A DNA stretch of 64,000 nucleotides from Mytilus californianus. Taxonomy: Eukaryota. The stretch lies in the NCBI RefSeq assembly GCF_021869535.1, contig NW_026262712.1, positions 89,466,001-89,530,000 on the forward strand, in the 5' to 3' direction. The stretch's first letter is position 1. Every line of letters starts with the position of its first letter. Positions 11,455 to 22,695 of the stretch are shown here, piece after piece. The notes under the pieces were generated by a model, which was given only the letters and a program-made list of their open reading frames with translations, was not told the origin of the DNA and searched no databases. The position numbers and the translations under genes are program-made.

Positions 11455-11629
11455 TCCATTTTCACTGAACTAGTACACAATTTTATTTAGGGGCCAGCTG
11501 AGGACCACCTCCGGGTGTGGGATTTTCTCGCTGCGTTGAAGACCCATTGATGGCCTTCGGCTGTTGTCTGCTCTTTGGTCGGGTTGTTGTCTCTTTGACA
11601 TATTCCCCATTTCCATTCTCAATTTTATT
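11455..11629. mobile_element. Interspersed repeat family D copy (long)
   Basis: TGAACTAGTACAC...GGGGCCAGCTGAGGACCACCTCCGGGTGTGGGATTTTCTCGCTG...CTCAATTTTATT. Homologous to 6663-6766 and 32862-33029. Confidence 0.85.
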
Positions 11630-12249
11630 CATATCAATTGTTTATTTGAGTAATGGATTGGATGAGATCGAAAATCAGCTCTGATCAACTATATTTACAT
11701 GAGTAATGCCCCATGCAAATGTAAAATAAACTGAAAATGAAAGCTCTCACGCATACATTTGTTGTTGGAGTATCAAAGTTCCATAATTCGTATTACGAGC
11801 AATAATTTTTAAATATAAACGATCTTTTTACTTGAAATGGAAAATATATCCATTGCACAAAAAAAATGCATGTAAGTCCTGCGACAGGGGACATTGGAAT
11901 ACTGTTCTTCTGTGATTTTGGTCTTTATGTTTTCATTCTATATTGCCGTTAACTTTAACAATTTAAAGAGAAATTAAACACATTCGAGGGAAGGTTCGCT
12001 CAATTCACCATTTTGATGTGCCTTTTTGCTTATTTCTCCATTAATCTAGAACGGTTGTAGAAACTATTATATCTCACAATCCAAAACATTTATATGTGTA
12101 TGTATATTCTTCAATATCATAAAAATAACAAATAAATAAACAGAAATTCTAACTTTTCTCTGTCTGTTGATGGTCCGTCACCGTACCGGACATCATATAC
12201 TATAAATTGAGTCCAAACATTTTTTGCCGGGGTAGTTTAGACACAGTGT

Positions 12250-12350
12250 ACTAGTTCTAAAATATAATAAACCACTAGTCTTTATAAATGTGTTGCTTCC
12301 GAAGTGCATTACTGGATTTTCCTTCATCAGGAACGTTCAAACCTAAACAG
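12250..12350. repeat. Interspersed repeat, 2 copies in window
   Basis: ACTAGTTCTAAAA...AGTCTTTATAAATGTG.TGC.TCCG.AG...TTTTCCTT.A.CAGGAA.G.TCAAACC is also at ~30867-30968. Confidence 0.65.
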
Positions 12351-12875
12351 TTTAAAGTCAGGGATGTATATAAATACATGTACGTAGAAACGCTAGGGTA
12401 GGAGCTATATAGTCAAAAGGGACCTAAAAAGAAATAGCCATCTAAAGTCAACAATATTGATCGTTAAAATTAAACTTCTTGTCAATGCCAATGTACCAGA
12501 TAACAAATTAATTCAAAAATCAAACCAAGGCAGCTCCAAAACAAACTTCTTATCGCTCGTTTACTAATGTCTACTATATCCGTCAAAAGCTAATACGGTT
12601 GTGTCATTACATGATATGTGGGACCCTATCAATATTAATGTTGACATAACTCTTATTTAACCTCTTATGCATAGTGAGCCATTCAGTTCTAATTTATAAT
12701 TCAATTTTTAAAAGATCTAAAGAGTTTTCTCGACCGTTATTGATATACGAGTTTTCTAAAGGTTCATGATCACAGTACAGTAATGAAAGGATGTTTTAAT
12801 CTGTCTGAGAATTTACATGGACAACTCATTTCAATGTCTATTATTGTATGTATTGCATGTTAAGATATTTTGTAA

Positions 12876-13145
12876 TAAGGCGTCGATTATTTAGTTGGAT
12901 TATTATTTTGGAGGGGATTTTTTTCAAACTGGATTTTTTTGTTTTTTGCAGACGGAATATTATTTTATGCGGCCGACAAATTAACCGAGATTTTGTACAC
13001 AAATATTTCCTGCATTTTGTGGTGCAGAATATTCAATATATTGTCTTTGGCAAGATTATTGTTTTCGGTCCTTACCAGACCAGGATATTCATTTTCCAAA
13101 TCCTCATGTCCCCTTCCTCCAGAAAATCAAAGGGTCAGTCCCTTA
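12876..13145. mobile_element. Degenerate MITE (TAAGGG..ACCATTTGATTTT-type TIR)
   Basis: Right end AAAATCAAAGGGTCAGTCCCTTA. A related left end AAGGGGACGACCATTTGTTTCTTGGGG is at ~29232-29260. Confidence 0.4.
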
Positions 13146-13947
13146 TTGTTAGGTCGGAAACTAACATGAAAAGCTTCGTTGTTTTTGCAGCACAAATTTC
13201 AGGTAGTATCTTAAAAATTCTTTCCTTTAACACATTCACGTTTTACATCCATCTCTAGACGTGTGACTTTATCATGTGAAAAAGGGTAATTTCATTGTTT
13301 AAGCACAAAAAAATACATATTCAATTTTGCCAGTCGGCAATACTTATTATGCGTTTGCTAATTAAGTTGTCTACGAAAAAAATCAGTATAATTAAGTCTA
13401 TTCATTCAAATTGTCGTGCTAGTATTCTACTATCCTTTAGAATGATCTTATGAATGCCCAGGTATAAATAAAACTATAAGTTCTATTTCCATATTAATGA
13501 AAATATACATCATACTAAGAAACATTATATTATTTAAAATGGAGTGTAATAATGCCATCATTATAGCTCTTTATGAACATCCCAATAATTATTCCCTCGA
13601 TCTGATATTGTACAGCTGTCTCGTGCTGCTTGGCGTCTGCTATAAATTGATCCAAGACTGTATCATTACTAAATATAGTTATCACGAGAAATGTCAAATT
13701 ATATCTTCTATAAATATATTTACAGTTTTGTTAAAAGCGTTTACATGTTTGTATATCTAATGATATTTTATTTTGCTAATTTTAGCTCTCTTGAGAATTT
13801 TTCAAAGAGTTATTACATTGTTTTGAACAAATACGTTAAAAATGATATAGTTGGTTTTTTTTAATCCTTGACTTTTGTGCATTTTTCAATATCAAATGTT
13901 CAACAGCGCCACCTTGTTTAAATACTTACTAGATATTTTAGTCTAAC

Positions 13948-14215
13948 CCGCTGCATTTGTCCTAAGTCAGGAACCTGATGTTCAGTGGTTGTCGTGTGTT
14001 GATGTGGTTCATAAATGTTTCTCGTTTCTCCTTTTTTATATAGATTAGACCGTTGGTTTTACACTAGTCATTTTTGGGGCTCTTTATAGCTTGCTGTTCG
14101 GTGTGAGCCAAGGCTCCGTGTTGAAGGCCATACTTTGACCTATAATGGTTTACTTTTACAAATTGTGACTAGGATGAAGAGTTGTCTCATTGGCACTCAT
14201 ACCACATCTTATTTA
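13948..14215. mobile_element. Family A copy (variant subtype, opposite orientation to 2745)
   Basis: GTCCTAAGTCAGGAACCTGATGTTCAGTGGTTGTCG...GAGTTGTCTCATTGGCACTCATACCACATCTT. Its distal part is the reverse complement of 19975-20120. Confidence 0.85.
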
Positions 14216-15874
14216 TATCTATACAATAAAAAAAATACAGGAGATGTGTTATGATTGCCAATGCGAAAACTTTCCACCTGTGACCAAATGACTGTAACAA
14301 GAGAAAAAATAAGTGTTTCTACTTTTCTTGCCTCCAATATTGCCTTCATTTTTTTCTACAGAAAAGTTATTGCATGTTGTAGTCATATTAACCATTTCAT
14401 AACGCCTACATTTCGATAATTCCATTCAAATACAGAAAGATCTTTTGCTATAGATTATATATTAAAAAATACATAATCATTGATACCCGATATTTTTAAG
14501 GATATCATGAAGATTTGTTCTTTTTTTCACTATTTGACATTTGGACCGTATCGTTTGTGATAAGTAAACTAATGATATATCAATAGGCATATCACAGTGG
14601 CATTACGTACAACAAAGAAATTGTTCGATACACCGTTGCGTGAGAATGTCTTCGTCTGATATATAAAAATCTAAATTTCTCATTAATATCGACAGCCATA
14701 CGTACTCGATTGATCTTAAAATAAAGATAAAAATAACACTTTATATATTTGGTGCATTCGAATTTATTGGTAAAAAGGTCATACATATACTACGCTAGGG
14801 ATTTAGACATATCTTCGTTCATTTGCGAAAATAGTAACGTAGACTCACGACTACTTGTACGTGTTAGACTTCTCTGTTACTGCCAAATATATGTGATGAT
14901 ATTAATACTCTAGTAGTTCTAACGATCTTATTTCGCAAACTATATTAACAACCATGATAAATAAATATATCAATATAATAATACATAAATATATGCAAAG
15001 AAAGAAAAACAATCTAGTAACAAGTCATTTAAACAATGTCACTAACAAGCAATGGTTTCCATTATAATATGTAATTATTTTAATACAGCTTTGTTTTGTA
15101 AGTGCTCATACATGTAGCATATACTATTTATTGATTCAATATCGTTAATCAATTCAATAGATATCATATGTAGGTTTTTTTTCAAAAATAAAAATGAAAA
15201 GGTTTTTGTGTTTAGGGAGTGATCCGGTATCATTTATTTTATTCAATCCCCTTAAATAATCAAAGTTACAGTAAATGATTTGCTTTATTCCATGTTGATT
15301 TAATTTGAATTTTACGAGATATGGGTAAACATTCCTCTATTAATTTCACAGGAGGTTATTCTCTTTCCGTAGATATCTATTGATATTCCTAAAATGAATT
15401 ACCAGCATTTGACATTTTCCTCTTTTGAATTTTGTCAGATTAATCTGCCAAATCTTGAGTAATTTGTCTGAGTGTTCAATACTTCATGTAAACAGACCTG
15501 AATGAGAAATACGGAACTACCCTTTGGTGGAGATGAATTATTGTAGAGAGCTTATATTATGATATGGATTTAAGTTCATGCCTGTTATTCAACAGATCGT
15601 AGTTCATTTAAGGTAAGGTGCCACTAATCTTACATAATCGCATGTACTAAAGTCCTATGCGCTAACTTTACGGTATACAAGTAAATATTAAAGTCATTTT
15701 TAATTTGAAATATACATTTTATTTAAACTTATTGAATTTCTCTCATTCATACCCGGATTTTGTTAATAAATTTAGTGAACGCTCTTAAACTAAGGTTGCA
15801 AGTCCCCCGTGCGAATATAATGTTAAAACAGTTTTGACGCTTTAGCATACATCACAGTTTCCAAATTGCAGCGA

Positions 15875-16465
15875 GTACCCAAATTGCACCCATTTACCAA
15901 AAATAGCAACGGCAATCTTACAAGTTTTCTTAGAGACTAAACAATTTATATTTTTATGATTTGACATTATGCACGTCTTTCAACATTTCTTAATATATTC
16001 AAATATACACAAAACGTTCACAGTATATATCAATAGATGAAGTTTGCACTGAAAAAGTTAAATACACGGGAACGTCGCCATGCGACATCCACAAAAAGTC
16101 AACTTTTGAGCAATTAAAATCTTTTACAGGCATCAATTTCTTAGATAGTAAGCATGGACTGTTTTCAAACTGTTTTAAATTAATGGGAAATAATTCAAAA
16201 CATTAGTTATTCTATTCTTAGATATGAATTTAAGCATGGATGCAATTTGGGTTCTCCTCATTACAGAATCATATGGATCGTTTGGAGGTCGGTTCAAACC
16301 CATTTTTATATGATTCAAAATGGATTCAAAAATAATGTGGTGGAACTATATAGTAAATAAGGATACATCTACAAAATAAACACAGAATGGAAACTTGTGT
16401 CTGGATCATAAATAAACGTAGCCTATGTGAAAAAAAACCTGTCAAAATAGGTGCAATTTGGGTAC
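15875..16465. mobile_element. Putative TIR element (~600 bp) bounded by a 16-bp perfect inverted repeat
   Basis: GTACCCAAATTGCACC (15875-15890) and GGTGCAATTTGGGTAC (16450-16465). Further partial copies of the motif at ~15861 and ~16242. Confidence 0.55.
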
Positions 16466-17276
16466 CCTCACGTCGCTTAGACCCTTCATCATTTTGACCC
16501 CTATCGTATTGGTACTTTGTAGTTTTGCTGTTCGATACGTTTACTGTATTTCTCTTTTCAAGCTTTTGTTTTACAACATACCTTGTAATTTGAGAAACAC
16601 CTGTTTTGCGCACTCAAATATATATATTTTATTTTGTCACGTCTACTGGTAGACGGACAGTCTCTGGTGTTAGCCAAATCTTCGAATCTATCATGATAAA
16701 CACGAAAATGTGATTTTAGATTTTAATGTTTAAATTTAAGAATTATGTAAATGAACTAAAACCAAGGTCGCAGTTCCCTTATGCAAAGATGAGATTACAT
16801 ATTTTTATTTTTTTTTCTGCCTACGGCCTTTTTTTTATTTTGCCGCTGAAAATGAATAAAATCAAGAATAATGATTAAGACGAGATTTACAACAATGTGA
16901 CGTCATAAATCAGAATTTGCGTATATTTTACGAAGGAAAAGACTGATTTTTTTGCTATGTCCATCCATATCATGGTATTTCTTTGAAGATTAATCGTCAA
17001 CAGCCAAATAAATTTAGGCAAGCTTTCTTCTGGCTCATTACATAATCTCACAAAATAATAAGTTGTTATTTTAGCATATCTATACTTTTCTTATCAAGCT
17101 AGTTTATTCAAAAGATGAAACAAAACAAGGAAAATTCAAGAAATTCTACAAAACAAACTAATTACGCAATTTTATGTTGTCAAGGTAACTCATTTTCTGA
17201 ATTTCTTTTACCTTAGATTTAATTTTATGTTACATGGATGTATTCCTCTGATTTCTTTTTATAATGGAATTTAATA

Positions 17277-18096
17277 AACTAGTGACACAGATTAATGTCT
17301 TGATCGTCTGTAATTTTCAATGTTGAAATTAAAATAGCAATACTTTCACATGTAAATTAAGCAAAATATTCAAAGTCAATGAGTTATGACTAAAGGTACA
17401 GGGCCAGATAATTTCCGTAGAAATAAGATATGCAAACATTGATACAACTGCATACCAAATATCTTTCAATTTGACTTATCATAAGTGGTTCCCCTTAAAA
17501 TGACCTAACCAAAAATTATATTACCATGCAAAAGTTTCAAAGTCAGTGCACCATGACTGAGGAGGACGGGCCAAAAACTATCCATAGAAATGAGATGTAC
17601 TACTATACTTATACAACTGCATACCAAATTTATTGACTAAACATAAGTGATTCTCCTTAAACTGACCTAATCACACATTTTAACATGTAAACTGTGAAAA
17701 CGTTTCAAAGTCGATAGACAATGACTGAGGGGGACAGTGCCAAACAATTTACTTGGGAATGAGATGTGCCAATGCATATTCTACTGCAAAACAAAATATC
17801 CTTAAATTGTCATAAGTGGTTCCATTTAAACTGACCTAATCATGCACAAACTTTGAAATGTAAACTATGTAAAAGTTTCAAAGGCAATAGACCTTGACTG
17901 AGGGAACAGGGCCAAATAATTTCCATTGGAATGAAATGTTCCAATACTAATACAACTGCATACCAAATATTATTGACTTATCATAACTGGTTCTCCATAT
18001 ACTGACTTAATCACAAATTTTAACAAATTTTTGACACCGCCGCCGGAAACAGCATACCTCCGTCTCGCTTTTTGACTCGACAAGGCGAGACAAAAA
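17277..18096 (-). mobile_element. HINE-like Helentron derivative carrying 4 tandem ~165-175-bp repeats
   Basis: Left end AACTAG. Units start at ~17362, 17530, 17697 and 17871 (AAAGTTTCAAAGTC...TGACTGAGG...GGGCCAAA...CAACTGCATACCAAAT...AAACTGACCTAATCA). Then a GCC microsatellite and the hairpin GTCTCGC...GCGAGAC-AAAAA. Confidence 0.8.
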
Positions 18097-18536
18097 CTGG
18101 TATGCAATTTGTATCGTTCTCATGGGTTTAGCCCTGGTAGATGGATTGGTACATCCATGGAACACAGGATTTGTCATTTGTGTAACTTGAATGACAATAA
18201 GTAATAAATACCACTACTTTTTTGTATGTAACGACGTTAATGTAACATCTCTTAGAATACAGTATACATTCCAACATATACACGCTATCCACCTGTTTAT
18301 AAAATGTATGGACTATTCTCTTTATGAAATATTAAGGTCTTAAAGTATATTGCTACATTTTTGAGGAATTGAGAAAAAAATATTGCAAATTAATATATGT
18401 ACTGTTAGTTCATAGTTAATTTAATGATACATAATTATTAATTTTAGCTGCCATTTCCAATTGAATATATGTATTGAATTCCTCTTGTAACACTATAGGT
18501 GTCTGAAAGTTTACAATAAATAATTTAAACCTGAGC

Positions 18537-18785
18537 TTGTTACACCACTGTCCCGTGTTAGGGGGAGGGTTGGGCGTTCGCAAACATGTTTAACCCCGCA
18601 ACATTCTGTATGTGCCTAGTATACCAAGTCATCTGTAATTCAGTGGTTGTCGTTTGTTGCTGTATATCATATTTGTTTTTCGTTTATTGTTTTGTACATA
18701 AATCAGGCCTTAGTTGCTTACTTTTACGTCATTTGGTCTCTGGTGGAGAGTTGTCTCATTGGCAATCATACAACATCTTATTACT
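18537..18785. mobile_element. Family A copy (internally deleted)
   Basis: ...CTGTAATTCAGTGGTTGTCGTTTGTTG...GGAGAGTTGTCTCATTGGCAATCATACAACATCTT. Confidence 0.8.
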
Positions 18786-19974
18786 TTAATATGCTATACC
18801 AGATCAAGAAAAAAGTATTCATGAAAAATCAAACACAAAATTTAAGTTCGACGTAAAAAATGAGTTATCTAAGGTTAATGTCATATACAGATTTTATATT
18901 TTATTAGATTACAAAATTTTTTATACGAATGTTTTCAGCTGATATTCATAGATACCAAAACATAAATGCCCCAGTTCAAAATAAGGCAAATTTAAGATCA
19001 CGTATTATAACTTTTAATTTGTAATTAATTTTGAATAAAATATTGGCCTTATTGCTCCTCTTAAGTTGAATTCCTTAAGATAAAGGTTGATACTATTCAG
19101 TGTGTCTGATTTATTCAGGCTTTTTCGGTTTTGATGCACCAAAACTTTTCAATAGCGCTACTTACGAAAGGCATTTAAGAATTATGTCACGTTTTTTTTA
19201 TAACAGTAAATGTATAATTCTTTCCTAAATTATTTTTTAAAACCTACAGGGTTTTTCATTTCGCTTTGCTTGAATGTTTGCCGACATTTGCTTTCTGTGT
19301 GTTCCATGATCCATGAAAAGTTGATTTTTTTTTAGATATTTATTAATAATTATCAACAATAAACATATCAGATTAAAACATGCGCTGTACCAGCTTTGAT
19401 AGTAAATAAATGTCCCGATAATTTTCAAACACGATTTGCTTAATTTCAGCATTTCAATTATGTTGTTTTGTTGAATGAATTACATCACCACACAAGTTTG
19501 AGGTGTTGTATACAAAAAGCAATGTTTCTTTTGAGTTTTACATAAAATTATTAGACATTAATGCACCCATATTCCTAATATTAACTTTTAATTCATCATT
19601 ATTATTTGAGGCAATTGGAACAGAAATTTATGTCTCGAAAATAACGGATGTTTAAAGTATGAAAGAAGCTGAAAAAATGTATTACATAATCCTCCACATT
19701 ATCCCCGTGAGTACTTCACGCCTGACAAATCTAGTTTGTTAGCGAAAATAGCATGACATTAAATAAAGTTTGCACAAATATTTTCATGTCGCCTCAAGGT
19801 TGACATCATTTGTATGTTTTTATCAGCATGTATAACCAACGGTTATTTATAAGGTTTCTTATAATCAACATTTGAAAGTGATTAAAATTTTGATTTTTGT
19901 TGCTGTAGATTCTAAGCTTTATGATTTGACCAAAAGTATATTAACTTGCATTGCAAGTATTTTAACATAATATA

Positions 19975-20120
19975 GATATAAGAAGATGTGGTATGAGTGC
20001 CAATGAGACAACTCACCAATCCCAGTCACAATTTATAAAAGTAAACCATTATAGGTCAAAGTACGGTCTTCAACACGGAGCCTTGGCTCACACCGCACAG
20101 CAAGCTATAAAGGGCCCCAA
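19975..20120. mobile_element. Family A copy (variant subtype)
   Basis: AGAAGATGTGGTATGAGTGCCAATGAGACAACT...CAACACGGAGCCTTGGCTCACACCG. Reverse complement of ~14075-14215. Confidence 0.85.
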
Positions 20121-21774
20121 CACCAGCCTTTTATCTTTTCTCTTATATTTTGCGTTTTGAAATTGCATTGCTTGCAAAGAACAATTTTACATTTTCACTT
20201 CTTTGCTTGTAGTCTCATTAGATCTTTTGAATATTTCACAACTGGAAATAATTAATTTAGCCATCAACATTTCCTTGATTGCAATAACGCATATTGCATA
20301 AATTTAAAAGCATAAGGTTATAATGCATGCCTTTTACTTTCTTTTTTTTTCAGTGGGTTGTGTATGTTTGATTTAATTACACACTTGAGATACTTTTTCG
20401 TTTTTCTATAAATGTTGTTTCTTTTTCGGTATTTAATTTGGTTGATCTCAAAATACAGTATTATAATTGATGACGCAAAATATATGCCACTACCAAGGTT
20501 GTTAGAAGTGAATCAAGACACCGCTCACTTGATCTCTCTTATTGTAATTATTCTGAAACTGAGATTTTTCTGAGGGGAAGTTGATCGTATTATTTGGCTG
20601 TTCTTTTATTTTAAGACCCTTTTGGTCTGTATGCTCTCAAACATTTAAAATTTTTGACCTTTCAAACTATTGGTGACGAGTTTAACCGATGAACATTATT
20701 CTAGAAACACTTATTGTGTGCACGGCAATCAAAGAAGCTCTTGCGATTCACGAATATTTCATTTTCGTTTTTCATCAAAAATTGGTTGTTCTGCACATTT
20801 TCTCATTGTCTGATTTTACTACAGACATTTCTATACCTCGCATCGTTCAGCTACCAGTATTACCAGTTTTGTCATATTAAATAGGTGGCGGTTGCTGCTG
20901 ATTATGACGTTTGAATAGCGCGACGGTTGGTGACCCTATGTTTAGGAGTTTTTGAGATTCCAATTGCATTGTCTAATTGTACCCCACTTAAGACGTAGGT
21001 GTAAAAAAATACCTTCCCAAATCATATTGCTGCGTGAAGTAATTGGGTAATGTATTGTCGAAGTTGTAATTTTATGGGATTATTACGCGACTTAAAATAA
21101 TTTTACATTTGAAAGTCTTGCGTTATTGATAAAGGCAAATATTTGATCTGATTGAAATGCACCAGTAAGTAATTCACTATTTGAAACATGACGTCACACC
21201 AAACAATATAAGTAAAAAGAATGAAAATACTCCTAAATAATCTAATCGATATTAAAAACTTGTTTACAAGTTTTACGTCCACCACCTGGTTAAGGCGCAG
21301 TTAAAGTTAAAGATTTCAAATTTTCAATTTTGAGAATGCTTGTTATTGAGCCATTGTTGTATATTTGTATATATATAACAGTAAAGTGTGAATTTACATG
21401 TTTGTCTAACCTTTGATCATCGAATGATTGTCATAATTAGATAGGGTCATTTGACGCTTGATGTATGCTTGTGCACTCTCCATGAATAAACTAAAATTCA
21501 ACTGGAATGACAATGGTGTTTTCTATTGAAGTGTAAAGTTCAAGCTCGTAAACATCTTGTAATCTTCAATTTTCTCATATTTCTGACTTTATGAAAATGA
21601 AACCATCCCCCTCTGTACTTATTGGGCTGAATTAATTCAATCTAAACTTTCTGACCTTAGGAGGAAGATTTACCAAGTGACATTTAATCAACAATGATTT
21701 GGAAAAGCTAATTTCTCCATTTCACTTCACTCTTAAAATTGCCAATATTGTTACGAAAGAAGTGAAATAACAAA

Positions 21775-22005
21775 AATATCGAACTTCAATGAAAATGCAA
21801 ACGGAAAGTACCTTATCAAATGGCAAAATCAAAAGCTCATACACATCAAACGAATGGAAAACAACTGTCATATTCCTGACTTGGTAAAGCATTCACTTAT
21901 GTAGAAAATGGTGAATTAAACCCGGTTTTATAGCTAGCTAAACAACTTACTTGTATGACAGTCACATAGAATTTCATTATATTGACAACAATGTGTGACC
22001 AGACA
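21775..22005. mobile_element. Interspersed repeat family C copy
   Basis: AAACGGAAAGTACCTTATCAAATGGCAAAATCAAAAGCTC...AAACAACTGTCATATT. The reverse complement is at ~44100-44200. Confidence 0.7.
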
Positions 22006-22194
22006 TTCCCCTCACTTTATAATACAATAGCTCTCAAGCAAACTCATTTATCATAATACTGATAATAACTGAAATTGATTTCATAGTTTCGTCACTATTT
22101 TTAAATTTTGTTTTTAAAATTTTCATAAATGAACACTAAAGTTTGGCTTTGGAATAGAATATTTGAACTTCTGCCATCTAGCAGTAAAACTTTT

Positions 22195-22480
22195 TCTTAA
22201 GTGGCGTCCGTTTTTCGGGATGGATAAATACGCAGCCACGACCGATCGGAATGGGGACATTAAATCCGATGCTTCGTGTAGGGTGACGGTGCCACGGTTA
22301 AAGAGCCCTTGCAACAACTCTCTGAGGGATGCGTATATGCATTCTGTTGCAATGCAAAACTTCTACCCCTATCAAGTATACCATCATTTTCAAATAGTAG
22401 TCATATTTCCCGCCATTTATAACGGTCGCCCTGCTTTGCAGAACCTACATATTGATAAATCTCGTCCTGAAACATATAAT
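22195..22480 (+). mobile_element. SINE-like repeat (resembles Nin/Deu-core SINEs)
   Basis: GC-richer patch GGGGACATTAAATCCGATGC...CACGGTTAAAGAGCCCTTGCAACAAC...CTGTTGCAA...GCAGAACCT...CTCGTCCTGAA. A collinear reverse copy is at 45235-45545. The superfamily is assigned from memory only. Confidence 0.6.
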
Positions 22481-22599
22481 GAACACGACTGTGCTTGTGA
22501 TACTATATGCGATCATACAAATGTACACGAGTGTACTTGTGATATTATGTGAAAACAAACGACAGCACTTGTGATATTACATAATATCAAACGATATAA

Positions 22600-22695
22600 A
22601 AATAAGGAGATGTGGTATGATTGCCAATGAGACAACAATCCACCCAAGTTCAAATGAAGTGGATGTAAGCAATAATAGGCAATGGAACGGACAAT
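22600..22695. mobile_element. Family A fragment
   Basis: AAGGAGATGTGGTATGATTGCCAATGAGACAAC...AAGTTCAAATGAAGTGGATGTAAGC. Confidence 0.8.

Noticed and set aside
22163-22552. 129-aa ORF
   Set aside because: It lies over a SINE-like repeat that has a second, non-coding copy, plus a small ~35-bp triplication. No protein motif.
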